Shown piece after piece: positions 37,642-47,404 of a DNA stretch of 54,744 bases (positions within the stretch are counted from its first letter, which is position 1; every line of letters begins with the position of its first letter). Source of the DNA: Anaerovibrio sp. (GTDB taxonomy: Bacteria > Bacillota > Negativicutes > Selenomonadales > Selenomonadaceae). Location of the stretch: assembly GCA_051866255.1 (NCBI GenBank), contig JBJDWY010000043.1, forward strand, positions 1 to 54,744, read 5' to 3'. The position numbers were made by a program, and so were the translations under genes. The notes beneath the pieces are model-generated. The model was not told the origin of the DNA. It searched no databases and saw only the letters and a list, made by a program, of their open reading frames with translations.

Positions 37642-38781
37642 ATGATACGTTTACCAATAACCCGTCTCCGGGATGGCATGGTAACAGCGCAAAGCATCTA
37701 CAACAGCGAGGGTGCCAGCTATCTCACCCGTGGCACAAAGCTGAGCCAGCAGTACATCGACAGGCTGCACAAGATAGGCATATCCAGCGTGGCTATCACC
37801 TCCCTGGATCCTGATATGCCCCTGCCGCCCCCTGAAGACATCATATGTGAGGATACAAGGGTAACAGCCATCCATCAGGTATACGATACATACGCCAGAA
37901 TCCAGCAGGCCAAGGATATGGAAATCCCGCCTCTGCTCAGTGCTTCCGAAAGTATTATCGCTGACCTGATACAGAAGCCGGAAAATCTGGTGCAGATGAC
38001 GGATATCCGCCTTTATGATGACTATACCTTTGCCCATTCTGTCAATGTGGCTGCCCTGTCTGCCATGCTGGGGCTCCTGTGCCATTTTACCAAGTCGGAT
38101 CTGATTACCCTGACCATGGGGGCACTGCTCCACGACATCGGCAAGCTGAATGTAAATATCAAGATTCTCAACAAGCCGGGAGCGCTGACCGAAGAAGAAT
38201 TCCAGTGCATACACCTGCACCCTGAGTGGGGCTGGCGGCGGCTGCGAGAGCTAACCTCCACCAGCCTTGATGTGGCTGCCATCGCCAACATCGCCTACCA
38301 GCACCATGAGCATCTGGACGGCAGCGGCTATCCGCGCCATCTGACGGAGGACCATATCAGCGATTTTTCCAAAATCGTGGCTATTGCCGACGTATATGAT
38401 GCCCTGACTACCCAGCGGCCATACAAAAAGGCATATCCGCCCCACATCGCCTACAAGATTATGACGAAATGCTCCGGCAAGCAGTTTGATGCGCCGCTTT
38501 TGAAGCTGTTCTTTGACCATGTGGCGCTGTATCCTATCGGCACGGTGCTGAAAACCGCCATGGGCTACGGCATTGTCAAGGACGTGCACATCGGCATGAC
38601 CCGGTATCCGCGGCTGATTCTCTTTGCTGACAACAGCAACCAGCTGCTGCCGACACCAATCACCATCGAAACCACCGACCATGACAGCGATTTTATTACC
38701 TCGGTCATCGACGGCAATGATTTTGGTGCCCTCTGTTTCCGCCTGAAATTCAACCCTGCTTCCTTGCTGATGCAGGAGTAA
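37642..38781 (+). CDS. HD-GYP domain c-di-GMP phosphodiesterase
   Basis: YTFAHSVNVA, LLHDIGK, HHEHLDGSGYP, ADVYDAL and RPYK. Confidence 0.92.
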   Translation: MIRLPITRLRDGMVTAQSIYNSEGASYLTRGTKLSQQYIDRLHKIGISSVAITSLDPDMPLPPPEDIICEDTRVTAIHQVYDTYARIQQAKDMEIPPLLSASESIIADLIQKPENLVQMTDIRLYDDYTFAHSVNVAALSAMLGLLCHFTKSDLITLTMGALLHDIGKLNVNIKILNKPGALTEEEFQCIHLHPEWGWRRLRELTSTSLDVAAIANIAYQHHEHLDGSGYPRHLTEDHISDFSKIVAIADVYDALTTQRPYKKAYPPHIAYKIMTKCSGKQFDAPLLKLFFDHVALYPIGTVLKTAMGYGIVKDVHIGMTRYPRLILFADNSNQLLPTPITIETTDHDSDFITSVIDGNDFGALCFRLKFNPASLLMQE

Positions 38782-38916
38782 ATAAATTACACATAATTAT
38801 CTAAAAAGCAAAACAGGATTTTCCTGCTATCAGCCCGGCAGGCAGCGCCATGCCCCGGCAAGAAGTCAGGAGAACCCTGTTTTTTTGCATTATTTTTTGC
38901 ATTATTTCATTTACAC

Positions 38917-39702
38917 TTACCTGCAATACGCCATTTTCCGCGCCTCAAAGGTCACCGGCTGCAAATCAAGTGCCTCCGCCATGTCCAGTGCCGCCTTGAA
39001 GTTCATGCCGATATTCTCTGCCGCATGGGCATCTGAGCCCAGGGTGATATACCGTCCCCCCAGCTCCCGGTAACGCCTGTACACCGGCAAGAGCGCCTCC
39101 GCCGCCCGGCTGTCCCCCAGCCGCCTGGTATTCAGCTCCATCACCACATCACAGTCAATGGCTGCCTGCAGCACATCATCCACCAGCCCGGCAAAGTCAC
39201 CATATACCAGCTCCTTGTCCTCATAGACGGCATAGCGGCAGATATAATCAATATGCCCCAGCACGTCAATATAAGGGTTTGCCCTGAGCATATCAGCCAT
39301 CACCCTCAGATACCTGCCAAAGGCCTCCGTTTTGGACTTGTCCTCATAAAAATCAGGATAGTACAAATCCAGCATATCAATGATGTGGATGGAACCTATC
39401 ACCAGGTCAAAAGGCGCCCCCTGCAAAAACGCCCTGTTGGCAGCGCCGCTGGTATCTGACAGGCCGATTTCCACCCCCAGCCTGAGGCTGTCCCCCCGAT
39501 AGGGCTGGTATTTTTCCCAATACCTGGCTGCATCAAAGCGGAACTCCATTTCCTTGTAATGCTTCGTATTGATGTAGTCATAATCATAATGCTCGGTAAA
39601 GACCAGTCCCAGTCCCTGCCTTGCCGCCGCCTCAATGGCAACATCCGCCTCCATCTCCGAATCTGAGGAAAATACCGTATGGGAATGATTGTCAAATATC
39701 AT
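38917..39702 (-). CDS. PHP-family histidinol phosphatase (HisJ-like)
   Basis: DNHSHT..FTEH..GVEIG..GSIH..LGHIDY..ELNT..GSDAH. Start estimated at ATG 39702. Confidence 0.82.
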   Translation of the reverse strand: MIFDNHSHTVFSSDSEMEADVAIEAAARQGLGLVFTEHYDYDYINTKHYKEMEFRFDAARYWEKYQPYRGDSLRLGVEIGLSDTSGAANRAFLQGAPFDLVIGSIHIIDMLDLYYPDFYEDKSKTEAFGRYLRVMADMLRANPYIDVLGHIDYICRYAVYEDKELVYGDFAGLVDDVLQAAIDCDVVMELNTRRLGDSRAAEALLPVYRRYRELGGRYITLGSDAHAAENIGMNFKAALDMAEALDLQPVTFEARKMAYCR

Positions 39703-39785
39703 ATTCTCAACCTCGATTTCACCTGAAAACACCGCCACAGGCGGCAATTCCCCTGCTATCATTGCTTGCAGCAGCTTGTGGTATG

Positions 39786-40052
39786 CTACTGCTGCTGTGC
39801 CTTGTACTGCTTCAGTGCCTGTGCCAGCTGGTCAGGGCAGGAGGTAGCCTTGGCACCGCAGCGGATGCCCTCCAGCTTCCTGATAACCTCGTCAATATCC
39901 ATGCCCTCGGTGAGCTTGCCCAGCCCTTGCAGGTTGCCGTTGCAGCCCCCCAGTGCCTGAAATCCCTTCAGCTTGTTGTCCTCCACCTCAAAACGCATCA
40001 GCCGTGGGCAAATTCCCTGAGGCTCATACTCTATTTTTGCCATTTTTATCAT
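39786..40052 (-). CDS. TSCPD-domain protein (TIGR03905-like)
   Basis: GIC..GGCNGNLQG..L.GIRCG..TSCPDQLA. Confidence 0.88.
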   Translation of the reverse strand: MIKMAKIEYEPQGICPRLMRFEVEDNKLKGFQALGGCNGNLQGLGKLTEGMDIDEVIRKLEGIRCGAKATSCPDQLAQALKQYKAQQQ

Positions 40053-40062
40053 CCTTTCCCAA

Positions 40063-41007
40063 TTATGAGCATGCCAGTTCCGTCAAGGCATCTGCCAAAA
40101 TGCCGAATTCCTCCAAGGAGAAGGTTTCTCCCCGGCGGGTGCTGTCCAGGCCGCATTTTTCAAAGGCAGCTGCAATCTGCTCCGGCACAAAGCCTGCCCC
40201 CTTCATGGCATTGGACATGGTCTTGCGCCGCTGGCCAAAGGCAGCCTTTACCACCCGGAAGAACATCTTCTCGCTCTTTACCGCCACAGCAGGCTTTTCC
40301 CTCACATGGCAGACAATCACTACCGAGTCCACCTCCGGCGCCGGGATAAAGGAGCGGGGCGGCACATCAAAGGCAATATGAGGCCTGGTATAATACTGCA
40401 CTGCCACGGACAGGGCACCATAAATCTTGCTGCCAGGCTTTGCCACCATCCGCAGGGCAACCTCCTTCTGCACCATGGTCACCAGCACGCTGATGGGCAG
40501 GTGCTGCTCCAAAAGTGCCATCAGGATAGGCGTAGTAATGTAGTAAGGCAGGTTGGCTGCCACCTTGAAGGGCTGGTCTCCCATCAGCTCGCGGATGTTG
40601 ACCTTGAGTATATCCCCCGGCACAATGGTTACATTGTCATATCCGGCCAGGGTTTCCGCCAGCACCGCAGGCAGCTTCTTGTCCAGCTCCACCGCTGTAA
40701 CCTCCGCCCCGGACTCCGCCAGGCCCTGGGTAAGGGTGCCGATGCCGGGGCCGATTTCCAAAATCCTGTCCCCTGGACCAGCCTCAGCCGCATCCACAAT
40801 GCCCTGCACGATGCCTGCATCCACCAAAAAATTCTGCCCCAGCTTCTTGGCTGCCCGCAGGTTGAATGCCTTCATGATATGGCGCGTCACCTGGGGATTG
40901 GCAATCACCGGGCGGGGGGAGCTGGCACGTTTCGTCCCGGCCAGCTCCTGAGAAATATCCTTGTCTATATTTTCCGTCATGAAATTATCAACTATCCTTT
41001 CAGCCAC
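40063..41007 (-). CDS. rsmA: 16S rRNA m6,2A dimethyltransferase
   Basis: KKLGQNFL, LEIGPGIG, ANLPYYITTP, MVQKEVA and F.QRRKT. Confidence 0.96.
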   Translation of the reverse strand: MAERIVDNFMTENIDKDISQELAGTKRASSPRPVIANPQVTRHIMKAFNLRAAKKLGQNFLVDAGIVQGIVDAAEAGPGDRILEIGPGIGTLTQGLAESGAEVTAVELDKKLPAVLAETLAGYDNVTIVPGDILKVNIRELMGDQPFKVAANLPYYITTPILMALLEQHLPISVLVTMVQKEVALRMVAKPGSKIYGALSVAVQYYTRPHIAFDVPPRSFIPAPEVDSVVIVCHVREKPAVAVKSEKMFFRVVKAAFGQRRKTMSNAMKGAGFVPEQIAAAFEKCGLDSTRRGETFSLEEFGILADALTELACS

Positions 41008-41021
41008 ACTTCACATACACT

Positions 41022-41561
41022 TTATATACACTTTATCTCAGCCAGGGCCCTGTCAAATTCCTCACGGGTGACACCATAATGGTTGAGCCTCAGCAAGAAA
41101 GTTTTGGCATTGGCATAGCCCACTCCCAGGATAGCCCCCAGCTGCGCCCTGCGCTGGCTGGCAGCTGCTCCGCCGCTGACACCTGCCCGGAGCAAGTCCG
41201 CCCCCGTAAAGGTATTTTTCGGCTCCCAGTCCATAGTACGCACCTTTTCCAGTGCCTTCCTGATAGCCTCCGGGGATGCCTGCTCAATGCCGATATCATT
41301 GTTGGCAGTGGCATCCTCCCGGGGCACAAAGGCGTGCTTCGCTCCCGGGAACCTCTTGGTCAAAAACCTGCGGATGCGCTCCCCGGCTGAATCCGGGTCC
41401 GTCAAAATAATAATGCCCCGCTTTTTGTATGCCTTTTCAATGGCATCAAGGGCCTGCGGCTTCAGGTTGAAGCCCTCCGTGATAATGCAGTCCGCCTCCA
41501 CCGCCTTGCCGATAGCCACCACATCCATCTTGCCCTCAACTACCAGAACTTCCTTTATCAA
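41022..41561 (-). CDS. rnmV: Ribonuclease M5
   Basis: TOPRIM motifs IKEVLVVEGKMD..ILTDPD..GERIR, upstream of rsmA. Confidence 0.93.
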   Translation of the reverse strand: MIKEVLVVEGKMDVVAIGKAVEADCIITEGFNLKPQALDAIEKAYKKRGIIILTDPDSAGERIRRFLTKRFPGAKHAFVPREDATANNDIGIEQASPEAIRKALEKVRTMDWEPKNTFTGADLLRAGVSGGAAASQRRAQLGAILGVGYANAKTFLLRLNHYGVTREEFDRALAEIKCI

Positions 41562-41565
41562 AATC

Positions 41566-42261
41566 TCATCTCCCCAAGACTTCCTTCACTACATTATACA
41601 CATCCTGGTGAATGTCTTCAATACTGCGCACCTCACCAGCCTCACTGCACTGCACCCTTGCCCAGCCGTATTTGTCAGCCACCATGCTATACGCCTCATG
41701 GCAGCGGTGCAGGTAGGCACTGTCCTTTTCATGGATATCCTTCTGCCGTGCCACATTGTTTTTTGCCCGCGCCGCAATCAGCCTGTCACTGACCTCCGGC
41801 GGCATATCAAGAAAAATCACCGCATCCGGCACCGGCAGCCCCAGCCTGACAAACTCAAAATCCCACAGCCAGTCCAAAAAAGTCTCCCGCTCTGCCGCCT
41901 CCTGCAGCTTTACCGCCTGATGCACCATGTTGGAGGTGGTGTACCTGTCCGCCAGGATAACCGCGCCCCTTTCGTATGCTTCCTTCCACTTGAGCTGATA
42001 GGAAGCATAGCGGTCAACGGCAAAGAAAGCAGATGCCCCATAAGCACTGACATCCTCCGCCCTGTCCCCAAAGGCTCCCCCCAGATACATGCGCACCAGT
42101 GCCGAGGACTCGGAGGCATAGTCGGGGTATTCCACCTTGAGCACATCATAGCCTTCCCTTTTCAAGCGGTCATACAGGGCATTTGTCTGGGTAGCCTTGC
42201 CGGAGCCGTCCCCTGCCTCGATTGTTATCAGCCTGCCCTTTGCTTTTGCCATCAGCAACAA
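41566..42261 (-). CDS. tmk: Thymidylate kinase
   Basis: IEAGDGSGKATQ, ILADRY and PDAVIFLD. Confidence 0.9.
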   Translation of the reverse strand: MLLMAKAKGRLITIEAGDGSGKATQTNALYDRLKREGYDVLKVEYPDYASESSALVRMYLGGAFGDRAEDVSAYGASAFFAVDRYASYQLKWKEAYERGAVILADRYTTSNMVHQAVKLQEAAERETFLDWLWDFEFVRLGLPVPDAVIFLDMPPEVSDRLIAARAKNNVARQKDIHEKDSAYLHRCHEAYSMVADKYGWARVQCSEAGEVRSIEDIHQDVYNVVKEVLGR

Positions 42262-42296
42262 ATCCTTTCCAAATAACTCAAAAACGCATTATACCA

Positions 42297-43841
42297 TTAT
42301 TTTATCACCCTGATAGTCTCCAGCCGTCCGTCAGCCGGGCCGGACAGGCGCATCCCCATAGCCTGATAGCGGCGTATATAATTCACAATCTCCGCCGTAA
42401 TTTCCTCCCCCGGGCACAATAGCGGCACCCCCGGAGGGTAAAAAGCCACCGTTTCCGCTGACACAGCCCCCACAGCCCCTTCCAAATCAATTGCCTTATA
42501 ATCCGCAAAAAATGCCTCCCTGGGGCTGATCCGTTGCCGTGGCGCAGGCATATCCCCCATTGCCCCCCGGCAGCCATTGGCATTTTCTGTAGTTCCTGTA
42601 TTTTCCGTATTTCCTGCATTTCCTGTCCGCAGATGGCCTGCCGCCAAATCCTTTAGTGCTGCCAAAAGCCTCGCAACTACTGCCTCATTATCCGCCATGG
42701 AAATGATAAACAGCAAATTGCGCACATCGGACAGCTCACACTGTATCCTGTACTGATGCCTGAGGATAAGCTCCGCCTCAGGGCCATCCACATCCAGCCC
42801 ATACAGATTTACCGTCACCTTGGTATAATCGAGGCATACCGCACCGCTGCCACTTCCCTGACGGCAGCTTTCCATCCCCGGGCTGTAGAGGCCGCTGATT
42901 TTATTGACCTCTGAGCGCAAAAGGTGAGACAGCCGCACTGCCTCCGCCATGCGCTCCCTGCCCTCCTCCGCCATCTGCAGCCTGGCTATATCCAAAGAAG
43001 CCAGCAGCAGCTGGTTGGGACTGGTGGACTGCAAAAGCCCTGCTGCCTGCCGCAGCCTGCTCCTGTCCACCCGATGGCTGCCCACATGCAGCATGGAAGT
43101 CTGGGTCATGGAGCCCAGCAGCTTGTGGGTGCTCTGGGCAGCCACATCCGCCCCCAACTCTATGGCCTGCGGCGGCAGCTCGTCACTAAAGCGCAGATGG
43201 GCGCCATGAGCCTCATCCACCAGCAGCAGCATACCTGCCCCGTGCACCGCCTCTGCAATAGCTCGCAGATCACAGCCATAGCCATAGTAGGTGGGATACA
43301 CTGCCACCAGTGCCCTGGCTCCCGGATGGGCAGCTATGGCACGCTGCACGGCAGACAGGCTCAGCCCCATGGCAATACCCAGCCTTGCATCCACCTCAGG
43401 CTGAACATAGACAGGCACAGCCCCTGCCAGTATCACGCCCCCGATAATGGAGCGATGGGCATTCCTGGGAATCAGCACCTCATCCCCCGGTGACAGGGTT
43501 CCCAGCAGCATAGCATGAATAGCCCCTGTAGTGCCATTGATGACAAACAGCGTATCCTCCGCTCCCCACAGCTCTGCCGCCAGTGCCTCAGCCGCCTTGA
43601 TACAGCCCTCCGGCTCATGGAGGTCATCCAGCTCCTCCATGAGGGAAACCTCCTGCCGCAAGCCTTCCTCCGTGATCAGCTCCCGAAGAAGCCGATGGGC
43701 ACCCAGCCCCTGCTTGTGGCCGGGAGTATGAAAAGCAAGGGCGCCGTCCCCTGCATATTCCTTCATTGCATGAGAAATCGGCGCCTCATCTTGATTTAGC
43801 ATATATTCAGCATATTTATTTGAAATACATTCTTTTTCCAT
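42297..43841 (-). CDS. Orn/Lys/Arg decarboxylase, PLP fold type I (YaaO-like)
   Basis: FHTPGHK, NGTT, RNAHRS, VDEAHGAH, QSTHK and YPPG.P..PGE. Precedes tmk as yaaO does in Bacillus. Confidence 0.88.
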   Translation of the reverse strand: MEKECISNKYAEYMLNQDEAPISHAMKEYAGDGALAFHTPGHKQGLGAHRLLRELITEEGLRQEVSLMEELDDLHEPEGCIKAAEALAAELWGAEDTLFVINGTTGAIHAMLLGTLSPGDEVLIPRNAHRSIIGGVILAGAVPVYVQPEVDARLGIAMGLSLSAVQRAIAAHPGARALVAVYPTYYGYGCDLRAIAEAVHGAGMLLLVDEAHGAHLRFSDELPPQAIELGADVAAQSTHKLLGSMTQTSMLHVGSHRVDRSRLRQAAGLLQSTSPNQLLLASLDIARLQMAEEGRERMAEAVRLSHLLRSEVNKISGLYSPGMESCRQGSGSGAVCLDYTKVTVNLYGLDVDGPEAELILRHQYRIQCELSDVRNLLFIISMADNEAVVARLLAALKDLAAGHLRTGNAGNTENTGTTENANGCRGAMGDMPAPRQRISPREAFFADYKAIDLEGAVGAVSAETVAFYPPGVPLLCPGEEITAEIVNYIRRYQAMGMRLSGPADGRLETIRVIK

Positions 43842-43850
43842 AGCCCTGCC

Positions 43851-45041
43851 TTAATTCTTCTCCAGCTTTGGATAAGGCAGCTTGACATGGATCTTCGTGC
43901 CCTCCCCGGGATTGGAAATCACATTCAGGGAAGCCCCGATCAGCTTTGCCCTTTCCTCCATGCCCAGGATGCCAAAATGCCCGTTGCCGGTACCGCTCTT
44001 GCGCATTTCCTCGGTTTCCTCCATATCAAAGCCCCGTCCCTCGTCAGAAATCAGAATGGACAGGTCGTTAGATGAAAACAGCAGCCGCAGGCGCCCTGCG
44101 CTGACACCGGCATGGCGATGGATATTGTTCAGGCCTTCCTGAATAATGCGGAACAGCGTCACCTCCACATGCTTCTCCAGGGCACGTTCCTTGCCATTGA
44201 CCTGGAAATCCGTCTTGAGAACCTTGCGTTCCTCCAGCTTGCTGACCAGCTGCCTGAGAGCCGGAACCAGCCCCAGATCATCCAGGGACATAGGACGCAT
44301 ATCAAAGATAATCTGCCGCACATCAGCCAGGCAGGTGCGAATCTGCCGCCGCAGCTCCTGCAAGCCTGCCTTTGCCTCCTCCGGCCTGGTATCCACCAGC
44401 CGCTCACAGATAGAGGCCTGATAAATCAGGTTTGCCATCTCCTGAGCCGGGCCATCGTGAATTTCACGGGACACCCTCAGCCGCTCGTCCTCCTGCGCCT
44501 TGATGATCTGTACCCCCAGGAACTTGTTCTTGGAGGCAATATCCATCTGTGCCACCACATTGCTGATTTGCGAAGTCAGATAGCCAACAACCGTCCCCAG
44601 CTTGGTGGCCAGCCGCTCCGCCATCAAAAGTGTCTGCTCCATGCCCCGCAGCCTGATTTCCAGCCTGTCCCGCTGGCGCCTGGACTGAAACTCCTTTTCC
44701 TTCACCAGAGCCAGGCGCACCTGCACATCCTTGACCGCCTCATAGCTGGCACGAATCTTATCCTCTGAATAGTTGGCAAAATTGCTGCTGACCTTCACCA
44801 GCCGCTGCTTTTCCTGCTGCTCGCAGTGAACCAGCACATCCACCTCGTCCTGCAGCTTGGCTGTCTCCTCCTTCAGCTCCTTCAGCATGACGCGAGCCGC
44901 CTCTACATCATTTTTGGTATTCTCATAGATTTCAAATATCTGCCCCTTGCTATTTTCCATAGCCTCCACAGTGTTTTGAAATGCCTCCCGCAGCAGCCGT
45001 TCTCCCTGCTGCTCCACATCCATATCGCTAGAAAGCTTCAT
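43851..45041 (-). CDS. degS: DegS-like cytoplasmic sensor histidine kinase
   Basis: N-terminal coiled coil (SKGQIFEI.E), AQEDERLRVSREIHDGPAQ, DMRPMSLDDLGL, QEGLNN and D.GRGF..FGILGM.ERA. Confidence 0.88.
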   Translation of the reverse strand: MKLSSDMDVEQQGERLLREAFQNTVEAMENSKGQIFEIYENTKNDVEAARVMLKELKEETAKLQDEVDVLVHCEQQEKQRLVKVSSNFANYSEDKIRASYEAVKDVQVRLALVKEKEFQSRRQRDRLEIRLRGMEQTLLMAERLATKLGTVVGYLTSQISNVVAQMDIASKNKFLGVQIIKAQEDERLRVSREIHDGPAQEMANLIYQASICERLVDTRPEEAKAGLQELRRQIRTCLADVRQIIFDMRPMSLDDLGLVPALRQLVSKLEERKVLKTDFQVNGKERALEKHVEVTLFRIIQEGLNNIHRHAGVSAGRLRLLFSSNDLSILISDEGRGFDMEETEEMRKSGTGNGHFGILGMEERAKLIGASLNVISNPGEGTKIHVKLPYPKLEKN

Positions 45042-45146
45042 CCTTTATCTCCCATAATTCCGAAACAATTAAACTATCTCAGCTTCTATTTTACATGATA
45101 AAGCAAATTTACGCAAAGACTTTCCACTTTTTTGCAACAATATTTC

Positions 45147-45189
45147 AAAAAGGATTGCCGCATCCCCCGGAGGGTGATACAGCAATCCT
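45147..45189 (-). terminator. Rho-independent terminator after ldc
   Basis: AGGATTGC...GCAATCCT stem followed by a T tract. Confidence 0.7.
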
Positions 45190-45234
45190 CTCATTTACTG
45201 CATATACAGCGGTATATGCAACAATATATTTATT

Positions 45235-46389
45235 TTAGCTTACGGCCTTCTGCCTGAAAGTGGCAACATTGTCCTCATACACGATGGTCTTCGCCGGCTG
45301 GAAGCCGTTGAAGCTGGTAGCGGCAGAAGCGCAGTAGGAGCCTGCCTCCGGTGTCAGGACCTTATCCCCCACCTGCAAGGCCGGTGCCAGCCAATCCCTT
45401 GCCACCACATCAATGGAATCGCAGCTAGGCCCCACAAACACGGACGGAGTCCTGGCCCCCTCCCGGAAAAACTCCAGCTTGTAGGTCCAGTGGTCAAAGA
45501 CCAGCCCGTTGTAGCTTCCGTAGAGGCCATCGTCCAGCACATACCACGGCTGACCGCCACGCAGCTTGGTGCCGATGACGCTGGCAACCAGATTTACGGC
45601 TGTGCCGCACATGTAGCGTCCCGGTTCTGACCAGATTTCCACATCCGGGAACAGCTCGTCGAGACCTGCACGGATGCTCCCTGTCATGGCATCCAGGTCA
45701 GGCTCCGGCTGGCCGATTTCAGGAATCGGCAGGCCGCCGCCAATATCCAGGATTTTCAGGTCAAGGCCCTCACAGGCTGCCTGGTCAAAGAGCCTGCGAC
45801 ACATCCTCAGTGCCCTGCCGTAGGCATCAGCTTTCAGTGACTGGCTGCCCACATGGAAGCAGATACCGGCAGGAACCAGCCCTGCGGCCTTGGCTTTATG
45901 CAATAAAGGCAGTGCCAGCTCTGGCACTACGCCGAATTTCTCATTCAGATTCACAACGGCTGACTTATTCTCCACCTGCACCCTGATGAGCACCCTGGCA
46001 CCGGGAGCATTTGCAGCCAGCTTTGGTATTTCGCTTTCATCGTCGAAGGTAAATTTATCTACCCCTGCCTGCGCCGCCAGCCTGATGCTGTCAGGCGGCT
46101 TGACGGGATTGGCATATATCATGCGGCTGCCAGGTACGCCCAGGGAACTCAGGAGCCTGATTTCACCCTCAGAGGCCACATCAAAATTGGAACCAAGGCT
46201 CGCCAGCCTGGTCAGCACCGCCGGTTCAGAATTTGCCTTGATGGCGTAGAACACCTTCACCCGGGGCAGCCTGTGACGGAGATAGTGGTAATTTTTCTCC
46301 ACCTTGTCCAGTGACACCACCATAAATGGTGTCGGATACTTCTCTGCCAGATAATTCACTTCTTCTTCAGTTAAACGAAAGCTATTCAT
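45235..46389 (-). CDS. ldc: Lysine/ornithine decarboxylase, PLP fold type III (Selenomonas LDC-like)
   Basis: FYAIKAN, FDVAS, KFG, FHVGSQ, LDIGGG, EPGRY and GPSCDS.D. Start at ATG 46389 after GAGGAGG. Confidence 0.88.
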   Translation of the reverse strand: MNSFRLTEEEVNYLAEKYPTPFMVVSLDKVEKNYHYLRHRLPRVKVFYAIKANSEPAVLTRLASLGSNFDVASEGEIRLLSSLGVPGSRMIYANPVKPPDSIRLAAQAGVDKFTFDDESEIPKLAANAPGARVLIRVQVENKSAVVNLNEKFGVVPELALPLLHKAKAAGLVPAGICFHVGSQSLKADAYGRALRMCRRLFDQAACEGLDLKILDIGGGLPIPEIGQPEPDLDAMTGSIRAGLDELFPDVEIWSEPGRYMCGTAVNLVASVIGTKLRGGQPWYVLDDGLYGSYNGLVFDHWTYKLEFFREGARTPSVFVGPSCDSIDVVARDWLAPALQVGDKVLTPEAGSYCASAATSFNGFQPAKTIVYEDNVATFRQKAVS

Positions 46390-46407
46390 AACAACCTCCT
46401 CTTTTCT

Positions 46408-46517
46408 CATGGAGTCCCTTGCGGCTTCTCCATGCAGCATACATAGTACAGCAGCGGCTTTCGTCACATATCGCATTTATTGCATCTCTGCTGCTGCACT
46501 CGGCGCAAAATATGCTG
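46408..46517 (-). promoter_or_regulatory. Structured 5' leader of ldc (candidate cis-regulatory RNA)
   Basis: Nested stems CAGCATA/TATGCTG and AGTGCAGCAGC/GCTGCTGTACT, plus CATGGAG/CTCCATG with a GCAA loop, next to the ribosome-binding site. Confidence 0.5.
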
Positions 46518-46579
46518 TCCACCGACCATGTACACTGTCTTTACATCTTTGTATTTTTTACAGCACATTTATGGGTTGC

Positions 46580-46608
46580 ATTATAGACCTATTCAATAAA
46601 TATTGCAA
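46580..46608 (-). promoter_or_regulatory. Putative sigmaA promoter of ldc
   Basis: TTGCAA-N17-TATAAT. Confidence 0.6.
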
Positions 46609-46624
46609 GTAAAAATTGCACAAA

Positions 46625-47404
46625 TTACAAATGATATGAAATAACCGGGCTGCCATCCTCCAGATGAAGAATTCTCGCATGTACGCCATACAGTTCAAAA
46701 ATAAAATCCTCCGTCAAAAGCACGTCTGGAACCCCTTCCCTGATAATCCTCCCATCCTTTATGGCAATAAGCCTATCACAGTAAGCAGCAGCAATATTTA
46801 AATCATGGATTGCCGCAATCACTGTCAGTTTCATATTCCGCACGCTTTCCATAATCTGTAGCTGATACCTGATGTCAAGATGGTTAGTAGGCTCATCCAA
46901 AATCAGACAGGGAGCCTCCTGAGTCAAAGCCCGTGCCAGCATCACCCTCTGCTGCTCTCCCCCTGACAAACTGGCAAAGGAATGTCCGGCAAAATCTGCC
47001 ATTCCTGTAAATTCAAGATATCTACGAGCCTTTTCATAGTCATCCCCCGTATACCTGTCCAAAATCCTTTTGTAAGGACTCCGCCCCATCAGCACAACAT
47101 CCAGCACCTTGAAATCAAAACTGGCATGATGGTGCTGTGCCAGCACTGCCTGCCGTTTGGCAGACTCCTGCACCGGCAAAGCAAAAAGACTGTCCCCGCC
47201 AAGAAAAATCTCACCGTCTTCCGGCTTCAGCACCCTGTAGATACATTTCAGCAGGGTACTTTTGCCGCTGCCATTGGGGCCGATAATACCTACCATTTCC
47301 TTATTTTGGGCAGCCATGCTAATGCTATGCAGTATCTGCTTATCCCCCAGATACTTGTCCAGCCCATCCACCCGAATATCCATATCAGCACTCCCTCCTG
47401 CCAC
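46625..47404 (-). CDS. Cobalamin/Fe-siderophore ABC transporter ATPase (BtuD-like)
   Basis: GPNGSGKST, LSGGEQQR, LDEPTNHLD and HDLN.A..YCD. Confidence 0.9.
   Translation of the reverse strand: MAGGSADMDIRVDGLDKYLGDKQILHSISMAAQNKEMVGIIGPNGSGKSTLLKCIYRVLKPEDGEIFLGGDSLFALPVQESAKRQAVLAQHHHASFDFKVLDVVLMGRSPYKRILDRYTGDDYEKARRYLEFTGMADFAGHSFASLSGGEQQRVMLARALTQEAPCLILDEPTNHLDIRYQLQIMESVRNMKLTVIAAIHDLNIAAAYCDRLIAIKDGRIIREGVPDVLLTEDFIFELYGVHARILHLEDGSPVISYHL

Noticed and set aside
39786-40052. TSCPD protein as part of a novel system
   Set aside because: A common stand-alone family in anaerobes, here in ordinary housekeeping context.
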